From contig CAVSDR010000006.1 of assembly GCA_963726745.1 (NCBI GenBank), positions 832,001-896,000 of the forward strand: a DNA stretch of 64,000 nt. Reading direction: 5' to 3'. A program made the position numbers and the translations under genes. Shown piece after piece: positions 1-10,097 of the stretch (positions are counted from its first letter, which is position 1; each line of letters starts with the position of its first letter). The notes beneath the pieces were generated by a model. It worked only from the letters and a program-made list of their open reading frames with translations, was not told the origin of the DNA and did no database searches. This DNA is from an uncultured Verrucomicrobiae bacterium. GTDB lineage: Bacteria; Verrucomicrobiota; Verrucomicrobiia; Chthoniobacterales; UBA10450.

Positions 1-258
1 CTCGGCCTGCGCTCGCTCTACTTCGTCCTCGCGCACATCATCGATCGCTTCATTTACCTGAAGGTCGGGCTCGCGCTCATCCTCGGTTTCGTCGGCGCGA
101 AGATGATCCTGAGCGACCTCTTCCACGTGCCGAACTGGCTCTCGCTCCTCTTCATCATCTCCATCCTCACGATCACGATCAGCCTCTCGCTCTTCGCCAC
201 CCGTGGCTGGCGCAGCGCGTTAAAAGAGACCTTGCCTCCCGAGGGTAATCTCGATTAG
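1..258 (+). CDS. TerC/Alx family membrane protein, C-terminal part (5' truncated by window edge)
   Basis: Frame 1 translates LGLRSLYFVLAHIIDRFIYLKVGLALILGFVGAKMIL...*, the typical TerC C-terminal motif; TAG at 256-258. Confidence 0.85.
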   Translation, partial: LGLRSLYFVLAHIIDRFIYLKVGLALILGFVGAKMILSDLFHVPNWLSLLFIISILTITISLSLFATRGWRSALKETLPPEGNLD

Positions 259-271
259 CTCAGCACCGCTC

Positions 272-676
272 ATGAAAGCTCCCATCGCGGCTCTCCTTTT
301 CCTCGGCCTCGCCTCGCTCGCGCTCGCGGATATCCACGATCCGCCGTCGAACAGCTACGGCCCCACGCGCAAGCTCGGCCGCGGGATCTCCAACGTCCTT
401 TACGGCTGGTCCGAGCTCCCGACCACGATCGCGAAAGTGAACGCCGTCGAGGGCAACTCCGCCGCCGGCGGCTACGGCGTCGTCCGCGGGCTCGGCCGCA
501 GCGTCCTGCGCGTCCAGGCCGGCGTTTTCGAGATTCTCACCTTCCCCTTCCCGCTCGTGCGCGGCTCCTATTATCCGGTGCTCGAAAGCGACACCCATTG
601 GATTCACGCCGGCTACAAGGAATTCCCGCCCGAGCTCGGCAACGAAGCCAAATACCCCTACGTCCGGCAGTATTAA
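272..676 (+). CDS. exosortase system-associated protein, TIGR04073-like
   Basis: Signal peptide, then RKLGRGISNV..G..ELP...G..G.G....R...GVFEILTFPFP pattern. Confidence 0.75.
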   Translation: MKAPIAALLFLGLASLALADIHDPPSNSYGPTRKLGRGISNVLYGWSELPTTIAKVNAVEGNSAAGGYGVVRGLGRSVLRVQAGVFEILTFPFPLVRGSYYPVLESDTHWIHAGYKEFPPELGNEAKYPYVRQY

Positions 677-1835
677 CCTGCTGATTAACGACATCGCCTT
701 TGGCGGCAAAGGCGTCGGCCGGTTAGACGGCAAGGTCGTGTTCGTGCCCTTCGTCATCGATGGCGAAGAGGTCGAGGTCCGCATCGCGCAGGAGAAAAAG
801 CAGTTTGCCGAGGGCGAACTGGAGCAAGTCGTCGCCAGCTCTCCGCATCGCGTTGCGCCGCCCTGCCCTTACTTTGGGCGCTGCGGCGGCTGCAGCTACC
901 AGCACATCGCCTACGCCCACCAGCTCGAGGTCAAACGCTCCCAGGTCGCGCAGCTCCTCCGGCGCATCGGCCATTTCGCCGAGCTCACGGTCGAGCCCAC
1001 CATCCCCTCGCCCGCGGAATACGGCTACCGCAACCGCATCACCGTCCACGTGGTCGATGGAGTTGTCGGCTATTTCCGGCGCGACGCCCACGAGCTCATC
1101 GATGTCGAGCAATGCCCCATCGCCGAGCCGGGAGTGAACGATGTCCTCCGCGCCCTCCGTGCCCGGAAGCCGCGCGAAGGCCACTACACCCTGCGCGCCC
1201 AGGAAGGCCCGCGCGTCTTCGCGCAGACGAACGACGCCGTCGCCGAGGCGCTGGCAAATTTAGTCAGCGAGATGTTGCCTCGCGGCCAGGCCCTCCTGGT
1301 CGACGCCTACGCCGGAGCCGGCTTTTTCACCAAACGCCTTCACCCCCACTTCGAGCGCGTCGTCGGGATCGAGTGGGACGGTCACGCCGTCACCGCCGCC
1401 CTCGGGAACGCCGCCCCGAACGAGCAATACATCAATGGCGACGTCGAGCAGGAGCTCCGCTGGCAGCTCGAGCGCGCCACCCCCGCGAGCACCAGCGTCA
1501 TCGTCGACCCGCCCGCCACCGGCCTCGGCGCGGAAGCCCGCCGCGCCCTCCTCGCCCATCCGCCCCACACCCTCGTCTACGTCTCCTGCAATCCCTCCAC
1601 CCTCGCCCGCGACCTCCGGGAATTAGCCAGCAAGTTCACCATCGCCCGCGTCGTCCCCCTCGACATGTTCCCCCAGACCGCCGAGATCGAAGTCGCGGTC
1701 CAATGCCGCGGCGCGTATCGAATAGATTCGCAGGCAGTGCTATCGCAGCCAGGCGCGCCGAGCGCGACGCCTTTCGCGCAAATAACCTCGACTCGCTCGG
1801 CCCATCCTCTACCCTCGCTCTACCGCACGAGATGA
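672..1835 (+). CDS. rlmD: 23S rRNA m5U methyltransferase, RlmD/TrmA family, with TRAM domain
   Basis: DIAFGGKGVGR (TRAM), CPYFGRCGGCSYQH Fe-S motif, DAYAGAG, VDPP, YVSCNPSTLARD, DMFPQT. Start uncertain: first canonical start is GTG at 738, but homology begins near 672. Confidence 0.8.
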   Translation: MNLLINDIAFGGKGVGRLDGKVVFVPFVIDGEEVEVRIAQEKKQFAEGELEQVVASSPHRVAPPCPYFGRCGGCSYQHIAYAHQLEVKRSQVAQLLRRIGHFAELTVEPTIPSPAEYGYRNRITVHVVDGVVGYFRRDAHELIDVEQCPIAEPGVNDVLRALRARKPREGHYTLRAQEGPRVFAQTNDAVAEALANLVSEMLPRGQALLVDAYAGAGFFTKRLHPHFERVVGIEWDGHAVTAALGNAAPNEQYINGDVEQELRWQLERATPASTSVIVDPPATGLGAEARRALLAHPPHTLVYVSCNPSTLARDLRELASKFTIARVVPLDMFPQTAEIEVAVQCRGAYRIDSQAVLSQPGAPSATPFAQITSTRSAHPLPSLYRTR

Positions 1836-4800
1836 CCATCCGCCCCCTCGTATTCAGCGTGCTCTTCATCGCCTCCGCGTTCGCGGCTGCGGAAACGCTC
1901 ATCGACCCGGATTTCCGCGCGCCCATTTTCGCGCGCCCGAGCATTCCCCAGCGAGCTCTCCTCCTCTCGGATGGGAAGTATTTTCTCTTTCGCAATCCCG
2001 AGACGCTGGCAATCGGCGCGCCGCGCCTTTGACTCGCTACCTTGGGAACGGCGCGCTTGATTCGTCCTTTCAGTTCACGCGCGATTATCAGGCCGTCGGC
2101 GCGGTGGAGCCGTTGCTCGAATGGCCAGTTCGTCATCGCCGCGACGCATCTATGTTTACAGCGAGAAATTCGGCACGGAGCGAATCCTGCGCATCAACGC
2201 TGATGGCTCGATCGATCCGAGCTTCAACGCAGTCGAGGTCGGCCGGTTCGAAATCGGCTATATCTGGATGCTGACTGCGCAGCCGGACGGCAAAATTTCG
2301 GCAACGGGCTCTTTCCTGAGCTTCGCCGGCAGCTCGCGCCAAAAAATTGTGCGCCTCTGAGCGACGGCAACCTCGACGGCACTTCAATCCGCCGCAGTTC
2401 TCGACCAGCAGCGGGATCTGGGCGCGGCCCATCATTTTGTCGGATGGCAGGATCGTGGTCGCGGGGGATTTCACCACCCTGAATGGAAGCGCGAGCCGGG
2501 GCGTAGCCCGGCTTCTGCCGGACGGGGTGCTGGACTCCTCGTTCACGCCTAGCGGATTTACTCGCGCCGCCGTCATCCGCCGGATCCTGCTCCTGCCTGA
2601 CGACAAGCTCCTGCTCGCAGGCCGATTCTTCCCTATCGGCGGATCCCAAAGCTCCCTTATCCGCCTAACGAGTGGCGGCGCGGCCGACCCAGCTTTTTCC
2701 ATGGCGGCGACGAGCGCGGCAGCGCGCGATGTCGTCCAGCAGAGTGATGGCCGCATGGTCGTCGCGGCCGGAAATTCCCTCTATCGTTACAGCACGAACG
2801 GATCGCCGGACGGCACTTTCACTTTTCACTATTTCGTCGACGCAGCCCAGGATAACTGGAGCTTCGGCACGGCCTCGACGCTTTCGCTCCTGCAGGACGG
2901 TCGAATCTTCGTGGGAGGAAACTTCACGGACGTGGATGTGGCCGGCATAGACCACTTCGGAGTGGCATTGTTCGATGCCAACGGCAACATCGACGCCGGT
3001 CTCCGCACCAGCCATCAAACAGCCAGTGAGCTGGCCCCCACGAGTTTTCGGCGAATGTCCGACGGCTCGGTGCTCACCAGCTTTGGTTATTCGCTCGGCT
3101 TTCTCATGCCCGCGGTTCCCTATAATTTCGCCCGCCTGCAGCTGGATGGGACGCTGGTGCAGGGCGCGGTTCTCAGCACGACGGATCCCGGTAGCACCCT
3201 GAACCAGGGCTTCCGCGCGCGGGAATTCGTCGAGTTGGCGGACGGCCGCCTGTTCACATTCGGCTACGGCAGCGCCGCTTTCTTCGCTAACGGCGCAGAG
3301 GATGAAGGCTTCCGGCTGAATACCCTCATCGACCCGATAAAGGCCTTCGCGCTCCCGGACGCCGGCGTCCTTGTGGTAAGTCAGAGTCAGCCTGTCCTTA
3401 CGCGCCTGACGGCCAGCGGAGGCTCAAACGACCGCTTCGCGTGCGATGCCTCTATCTGATCCGGCCACGGTCATAGTCGATCCGAACTTCGGCGTCACGG
3501 AAGCCTGGCTGGGCCGGCGCGTCCTCGCGATTCAGCCCGATGGCAAAATCCTCTTCATCTACTTTGCCTCGGATTATCTCTTCCACTTCGTTCGTCTGAA
3601 CGCCGATGGCTCACTCGATCCGAGCTTCAATGGCACCACGCTGCCGGCCTTCGACCTGAGCTTCGGGAGCACAAACATCTTCGATCCTTACACCTACTCC
3701 TTTCACGTCCCTGCGAATGGCGAATACGTCGCCAACCGCCGCTCTTTGACGCCGAGATTTTGCCGGACGGCAGGATTCTACTCGCGGGGCGATTCACTTC
3801 CTACGGCGGCCTGCCCGCGCGTGGACTGGTGCGCCTGCTGCCGGATGGAACGGTCGACAACAACTTCAGCGCCGGCGGTGGCGCGCAATGGACCTCGACC
3901 ATGGAAACGGCCGCCCTCGTTCCCGCCGTGGAGCAAATCGAAAAGCAGAACGACGGGACTTTCCTCCTTGGCGGCACCTTTGAAAAATTTAACGGAACGC
4001 CCGCACCAGGCCTGGTGCTGATCCACGGCGACGGCTCGGTCGATTCTTCGCTGTCGCCTGTCCCGGAGCGGAAAAAATTCCGCCGTGGCGTAACCAGCCT
4101 CGACAGGCAGGCGGACGGTTCGTTTCTATTGAGCGGGCATATGCCTTCCCGGGAGAAACAGAGCCGTCATTCATTCACCTTAAAAGCACTGGCGGCGTGC
4201 CTGTGATTGGCAGCGTGCCGCTCGCCACCGCAATCGTCGGCCGGCCGTTCAACTACCGGGTCGTCGCCAGCGGAGAACCGGCCAGCTACAGCGCGAGCGG
4301 ACTGCCCGGCGGATTTACAAAGATCCGCAAAGCGGCGTGGTTTCAGGCGAGGCAACGGGCGCGAATGTAGGCGTGCATTCCATCGTCCTCACCGCCGCAA
4401 ATGCGGAGGGCACCAGCGCCCCGGTACGTGCTAACGCTGACCGTCCCTCCTCTTCCACAATTGCTCGCCGCGGCCTCACGCAAAACACACGGCAGCGCGA
4501 ACACCGACTTTGACATCGACCTACCTTTAACCGGAGCTCTGGGCATCGAATGCCGCGTGGACAACACAGCGGCTCGCTCTTCCTCGTCCTGACTTTCAAC
4601 AACGATGTCTCGGGCGGGACCGCCTCCGTCATGCCGGCGGAGCCACGCTTGCAGCGCAATTTTCGCCGGATGGCCGCCACGCTTTTGTTTCTCTCGACAA
4701 CGTCGCGAATGCGCAGGTCGTGCGTGTGCAGCTCGGCAATGTGAGGGATCGCTACCTGCAACTCATGCCCAATACAGAAATCAGCCTCGGTGTGCTGCGG

Positions 4801-5016
4801 GGCGATGTGAACGGCGATGGCACGGTGAACGTGAGCGATGCACTGGTGACACGTGGACGCTCAGGGAGCGGACTGGATCCGTTGACCTTCCGCGCGGACG
4901 TCAATCGCGATGGCAGCATCAACTCCGGCGATTCCATCGCTGTCCGAAGCCAGTCCGGCACCGGACTGACCCTCGCTGCAGAGCAGGGTTTCGAGAAATC
5001 CGCGCGCAGCCAATAG
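1832..5016 (+). pseudogene. large secreted protein: delta-60 beta-propeller repeats + putative Ig domain + SRKTHG..GIECR domain + dockerin-like C-terminus; multiply frameshifted
   Basis: Pieces in successive frames: signal peptide (1832), QPDGKI/RLNADGSLDPSF repeats, FNYRVVASGEPASYSASGLP (~4240), SRKTHGSANTDFDIDLPLTGALGIECR (~4480), GDVNGDGTVNVSD...ADVNRDGSINSGD (~4800-4930); about 9 frame switches. Confidence 0.7.
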
Positions 5017-5274
5017 GCGATTCGCGCGAGTTCAAAAGCGTGCGCCTTTTGAGGTGCGCCCCTTCCCCACCGGAAGTGCCCGGGTAGAATTAGATCGTCC
5101 GGCAGGTAAAAACGCACCTGCACGGCGGGATGCGCGCATATAGGGTGGATGCGCGCATGCAGGAATATCGTCATGCGTTAGGGAAGGCCGTGCTGCGGGG
5201 CCGCTAGACGACGGCGCCCGCAGAAAAGCACTTGCCACCGCTTCCCCGCGCCGCCGACAGTCGTCGCCTGAAAG

Positions 5275-7101
5275 ATGGCTGATCTCCCTGCGGCACCTGG
5301 CGTGCATCGCCCGCGCAACGTCGATTGGAAACGCGCTGCGGCGTTGCTCTACGGCGACTGGGGGACGAGCAAGGCTTACGTCATTGGCCTGGCCTTTGTC
5401 GCGGCGGGGTTCGCTTCGCTGCCGATCATCCTCGCGGTCTGCGTGCTCACCGCGGTGGTGGCTTACAACTACATCATCGTCTGCTCGCATTTCCCCGATG
5501 GCGGCGGGGTTTACTCGGCGGCGCGGGAGCAGAGCCGCTTCCTGGCCTCAACCGGCGCGCTCCTCCTGGTGGCGAATTTCATGGTCACGGCTGCGCTCAG
5601 TGGCTGGGCGGCGGTGAGCTACTTCGGCGTGCCGGCGCAATACGCGCCGCATGCGACCATGATCCTGGTCGCGCTCGTGGGGGTGATCAATTACTTCGGG
5701 CCGAAACACAGCGGGAGCGTTTCCCTTTGGCTCGCGCTCCCGGCGGTGGCGGTGGTCCTGGTGATCATTGCGCTGAGCGCGCCGCATTTGACCACGGTGC
5801 ATCTGGAGCCGCGGCATGCCGATCTGGGGCACACCTGGATCGCGTTTGTGGGCGTGATCCTCGCGCTCAGCGGCGTGGAAGCGGTCGCCAATATCACCGG
5901 CGTGATGAAGGCCGACAAAGGCTCGTCGCCGGACCACCCGACGGTGCGCAAGACGGCCACGAAGGCGATCGTGCCGGTGGCTTTCGAGGTCGTGGTGGGG
6001 ACGGCGCTGCTCGGCTGGGCCATGCTCTCGATGCCGAAGGAATTCACCGGCGCCCTCACCGCGCACAAGGAAGACATGCTGCGCTTTCTCGCGGAGCACT
6101 ACAGCGGCTTGGTCGCGGGCGCGGCGGTCAGCCAGGTGCTCGGGATCGTCGTCGGCGTGGTCTTCGGGTTGCTCCTCTTCAGCGCGGTCAACACCGCGGT
6201 GGTCGCGCTCGTGGGCGTGATCTACATGATGGCGCAGGATGGCGAGATGCCGCGCCAGCTCGCGCGGCTCAACCGCCACGGCGTCCCGCTCACGCCCTTG
6301 CTCATCGCCACCGGCATTCCCATTCTCATCCTCGCGGTCACGAAGGAATTCGAAGGCCTCGCCGGGCTTTACGCGATCGGCGTCGTCGGCGCGATCGCGG
6401 TCAATCTCGGCGCCTGCACCTTCAACAAAAAGCTCGCGCTCCGCTGGTATGAGCGCGGCGTCATGGGGCTGACTTTCTTTGTCCTCGCGGCGGTCGAGAT
6501 CACCATCGCCAAGACCAAGCCGGGCGCGCTTTTCTTCGCCGCCTGCGTCCTCGGCGCCGGCTACGCGCTCCGGGCCTACTCGCACAAGCTCTCCGGCCTA
6601 AAGACGGTCACGGTCTCCCGCGGCGTGGCCGCGATGGTGACGCCCGATCTGCACATGGCCATCCAGCCGCGGCTCGAGGAAGGGGCCAAGATCATGGTCG
6701 CGGCCCGCGGGATCACGCCCGTGCTCGGCTTTGCCCTCGAGGAAGCGCAGCTGCGCAAGGCCGTGCTCTGCGTTCTCTTCGTGAAAGAAATTGCCGTCTA
6801 TTTCTCGGCCGCGGCCACGCTCCCGCACCGCACGAAATGGCAGGACGACCCGGAAGCGAACGCGATCATGTCGCTCATGCTCAAGCTCGGCGAGGAACGC
6901 GGCGTCTGCGTGCTCCCGGTTTACGCGGTCAGCGAAAACGCTTCCGCCACCATCCTCGACCTCTCCGCGACCATGGGAGTGGATTACCTCATGATCGGCG
7001 CCTCGCAGCGCACCGCGATGGCGCATCTGCTTCGCGGCAGCGTGGTCACGAACGTGGCCGCGCAACTGCCCGACGAGATCCGGCTGGTTATTTTTGGCTA
7101 A
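5275..7101 (+). CDS. APC family permease with C-terminal universal stress protein (USP) domain
   Basis: About 12 TM helices, GDWGTSKAY, GGGVY, LSGVEAVAN; C-terminal MIGASQR...LRGSVVTNV USP motif. Confidence 0.85.
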   Translation: MADLPAAPGVHRPRNVDWKRAAALLYGDWGTSKAYVIGLAFVAAGFASLPIILAVCVLTAVVAYNYIIVCSHFPDGGGVYSAAREQSRFLASTGALLLVANFMVTAALSGWAAVSYFGVPAQYAPHATMILVALVGVINYFGPKHSGSVSLWLALPAVAVVLVIIALSAPHLTTVHLEPRHADLGHTWIAFVGVILALSGVEAVANITGVMKADKGSSPDHPTVRKTATKAIVPVAFEVVVGTALLGWAMLSMPKEFTGALTAHKEDMLRFLAEHYSGLVAGAAVSQVLGIVVGVVFGLLLFSAVNTAVVALVGVIYMMAQDGEMPRQLARLNRHGVPLTPLLIATGIPILILAVTKEFEGLAGLYAIGVVGAIAVNLGACTFNKKLALRWYERGVMGLTFFVLAAVEITIAKTKPGALFFAACVLGAGYALRAYSHKLSGLKTVTVSRGVAAMVTPDLHMAIQPRLEEGAKIMVAARGITPVLGFALEEAQLRKAVLCVLFVKEIAVYFSAAATLPHRTKWQDDPEANAIMSLMLKLGEERGVCVLPVYAVSENASATILDLSATMGVDYLMIGASQRTAMAHLLRGSVVTNVAAQLPDEIRLVIFG

Positions 7102-7161
7102 GCCCCGCGCGCAGGCTTCGGGTTTGACGCCCGGCGCGTGACCGCGTCTCCTTTTGCTCCC

Positions 7162-8754
7162 ATGACCCCGCCGAAAGTCCTCATCGCTGATCCCGTTTCG
7201 CCCCGCGGTGTGGAAGAACTCTCGCGCGACGGCGCCCTGGAGGTGCTCTTCAAGACCGGCCTCACGGAGGCGGAGTTGATCGAGCTTATCCCAAGTTTCC
7301 AGGCGCTCGTGGTCCGCAGCGAAACCAAGGTGACCAAGGCCGTGCTCGAGGCCGCGCCGCAGCTGCGCGTGGTCGGTCGCGCCGGCGTCGGGGTGGACAA
7401 TGTCGATGTCGACGCGGCCACCCGCCGCGGGGTCATCGTGATGAACGCACCCGGCGGTAATACCGTCTCGACCGCAGAGCACGCTTTCTCGCTCCTCCTC
7501 TGCGTCGCGCGCAAAATCCCGCAGGCCGACGCCATGGTCCGCACCGGGAAGTGGAGCCGGAAGGAATTCCAGGGCGTGGAATTAAACAACAAGTCGTTAG
7601 GCATTATCGGCATGGGCCGGATCGGGAGCGAGCTCAGCCGGCGCGCGATCGCCTTCGGGATGCGCGTGCTTGCCTTCGATCCCTACCTCTCCGCGGCCCG
7701 TGCGCGGGCCTTGCAGGTGGAGTTAATGGACGACCTCGGCGAGCTCCTGGCGCGGGCCGATTTCATCACTTTGCACACTCCGCTCACGCCCGAGACGCAC
7801 CACGTGCTCAACGCCACGCGGCTGGCGCAGACGAAGCGGGGCGTGCGGATCATCAACTGCGCGCGCGGCGGCTTGATCGACGAAGCGGCTTTAGCCGACG
7901 CTTTGCGCAGCGGGCAGGTGGCCGCAGCCGCGCTCGATGTTTTCGAGACCGAGCCGCTGCCTAACGACTCCTTCCTCCGCGAAATCCCGAACCTGGTGCT
8001 GACCCCGCACCTCGGCGCTTCGACCGCAGAAGCGCAGGAAAGTGTGGGGATCGAGATCGCGGAATCGATCCGGGCCGCGCTCCTCGAAGGGACAATCCGC
8101 AACGCGGTCAACATGCCGAATCTGGATGCGAAGACGCTCGCGGTCATCGGGCCGCACCTCGCCTTCGGCGAAAAGCTCGGGCGTTTCCTCTCGCAGCTCG
8201 CGCCCCAGCATGTCGACTATTTAAACATCAACTACAGCGGGAAGGTGAACGAAGTCGATACCACTGCGATCACGCGTTCGGTCTTGAAAGGCTTCCTCCA
8301 AAAAGCCGGCGGGATCGAGGTCAACGAAGTCAACGCGCCGGCCTACGCCGAAAGCCGCGGACTCAAGATCACCGAGACGCGTCTGAGTGCGGTCGGCGAT
8401 TACAGCGACCTGCTCGAGCTCTCCGTCGGGACGACCGGCTCGAGTGTTTCCGTGGCCGGTGCCTTCTTCGGCGCGACGCCGCGGATCGTGAACATCAACG
8501 CCCGCCCGGTGGAAGCCCGGCCGCACGGCGTCGTCCTCGTGCTCGAGAACAGCGATCGCCCCGGCATCGTCGGCCGCATCGGCACGCTCCTCGGCGACCA
8601 CGGGGTCAACATCGCCACCATGTCGCTCAGCCGGAACGAAGCCGGTGGGACCGCACTTACCGTGCTCAACCTCGACACGGTCCCCGACGCCGATTTGCTG
8701 GCCACGATTCGCGGCAGCGAAGACATCCGCTCGGCGCAGGTCATCCAGCTCTAG
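7162..8754 (+). CDS. serA: D-3-phosphoglycerate dehydrogenase (with ASB and ACT domains)
   Basis: VRSETKV, GRAGVGVDNVD, GMGRIG, INCARGG, TPHLGAST, DRPGIVG. Confidence 0.95.
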   Translation: MTPPKVLIADPVSPRGVEELSRDGALEVLFKTGLTEAELIELIPSFQALVVRSETKVTKAVLEAAPQLRVVGRAGVGVDNVDVDAATRRGVIVMNAPGGNTVSTAEHAFSLLLCVARKIPQADAMVRTGKWSRKEFQGVELNNKSLGIIGMGRIGSELSRRAIAFGMRVLAFDPYLSAARARALQVELMDDLGELLARADFITLHTPLTPETHHVLNATRLAQTKRGVRIINCARGGLIDEAALADALRSGQVAAAALDVFETEPLPNDSFLREIPNLVLTPHLGASTAEAQESVGIEIAESIRAALLEGTIRNAVNMPNLDAKTLAVIGPHLAFGEKLGRFLSQLAPQHVDYLNINYSGKVNEVDTTAITRSVLKGFLQKAGGIEVNEVNAPAYAESRGLKITETRLSAVGDYSDLLELSVGTTGSSVSVAGAFFGATPRIVNINARPVEARPHGVVLVLENSDRPGIVGRIGTLLGDHGVNIATMSLSRNEAGGTALTVLNLDTVPDADLLATIRGSEDIRSAQVIQL

Positions 8755-8809
8755 CCGCTTCGCGAAATTCCGCTTCCGCTTCCGGCGACAGTTCGTTAGC
8801 CTGCGCCTC

Positions 8810-9070
8810 ATGAGTCTCTCTGCCATCCTCATCACCTGCGTGATCGGTCTTGTCGTCGGCGCCATCGCCAAGCTTCTGATGCCGGGAAAAGATCCGGGCG
8901 GTTGCATCATTACCATGCTCCTCGGTATCGCCGGCGCCTGGCTGGGAACCTTTGTTGGACGGGCCACTTTCGGGGGCGACAGCTACGCCGCCGGCTGGAT
9001 CATGTCGATCGTGGGCGCGATGATCCTGCTCCTGATCTACCGGATGATTTTCGGCCGGCGCAGCTCCTAG
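8810..9070 (+). CDS. GlsB/YeaQ/YmgE family (transglycosylase-associated) membrane protein
   Basis: IGLVVGAIAKLLMPGKDPGG..TMLLGIAGA...SIVGAMILL. Confidence 0.9.
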   Translation: MSLSAILITCVIGLVVGAIAKLLMPGKDPGGCIITMLLGIAGAWLGTFVGRATFGGDSYAAGWIMSIVGAMILLLIYRMIFGRRSS

Positions 9071-9133
9071 GCGTCCACTCGTTAGGCCAAGGCTGGCGCT
9101 TGCCAAGCGGCGGCCGCGGTGCGCTCGTGGCCG

Positions 9134-10093
9134 ATGCAGCAGCAGCGGCCATCCCGTGCGGCGATCCTCCTGGCGTTCGCCTCGCTTTACGTCATCTGGG
9201 GTTCGACCTACCTCGGCATCTTGCTGGCTATCCGCACGATCCCGCCGCTGCTCATGGCCGGGACGCGCTTCCTTCTCGCGGGCGCGATTCTCTATGCGGC
9301 GGCGCGCTTCACCGGGGCCGCCCGGCCGCGGCTGATCGAGTGGCGCACCGCCTGGATCGTAGGCGCCTGCCTTCTGCTCGGGGGCAACGGCGGGGTCACG
9401 CTCTCCGAGCAATACATTCCCACCGGCCTGGCCGCGCTCCTGGTGGCCACGGTCCCGCTTTACATCGCGCTCTTGAGCTGGGCCTTCGGGCTGACCGCGC
9501 GGCCCGGACGCTGGACGCTTATCGGATTAGCCGGCGGCTTCCTTGGGGTCGGCGTGCTCGTGGGGCCGGCGGTGCACTTTTCCGGCAGCGCGGCGGACAC
9601 GCGCGCCTGGGTCGGGATGGTGATCCTGCTTTGCTCCTCCTTCATCTGGTCGGCCGGCTCGCTCTACTCCCGGCAGGCGCCGAGCGCTTCCTCGCCTTTC
9701 CTCGCCGCCGGCCAGCAGATGCTCTGCGGCGGCGGCTCGCTCATCGCGGTCGCCTTGGTCAAGGGCGAGTGGGCGCAATTCCACCCAGGAGCGATCACCC
9801 TGGTTTCGTTAGGGGCGTTCCTCTACCTGGTCTTCATCGGAGGAATCATCGGTTACGCCTCCTACGCCTGGCTTCTGCGCTACTGCGATCCCGCAAATGT
9901 CTCCACTTACGCCTACGTCAATCCGGTGGTCGCGATCCTGCTCGGCTCGGTTTTCCTCGATGAAAAACTCAGCCTGCGCATCCTCGTGGCCGCCTTCCTG
10001 ATCATCGCCTCGGTCGCGCTCATTATTACTCGCGGCAAAGTGCGCGCAAAACGCGGCCAACTAATCGCCGGCAAACCCGTGCCCGCGGCCTAA
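9134..10093 (+). CDS. EamA/DMT family transporter (YedA-like)
   Basis: YVIWGSTY, RFLLAG, YAYVNPVVA; about 10 TM helices. Confidence 0.9.
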   Translation: MQQQRPSRAAILLAFASLYVIWGSTYLGILLAIRTIPPLLMAGTRFLLAGAILYAAARFTGAARPRLIEWRTAWIVGACLLLGGNGGVTLSEQYIPTGLAALLVATVPLYIALLSWAFGLTARPGRWTLIGLAGGFLGVGVLVGPAVHFSGSAADTRAWVGMVILLCSSFIWSAGSLYSRQAPSASSPFLAAGQQMLCGGGSLIAVALVKGEWAQFHPGAITLVSLGAFLYLVFIGGIIGYASYAWLLRYCDPANVSTYAYVNPVVAILLGSVFLDEKLSLRILVAAFLIIASVALIITRGKVRAKRGQLIAGKPVPAA

Positions 10094-10097
10094 CGAC

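Noticed and set aside
5017..5274. c-di-AMP (ydaO) riboswitch ahead of the APC-USP transporter
   Set aside because: The conserved riboswitch sequence blocks were not recognisable by eye.
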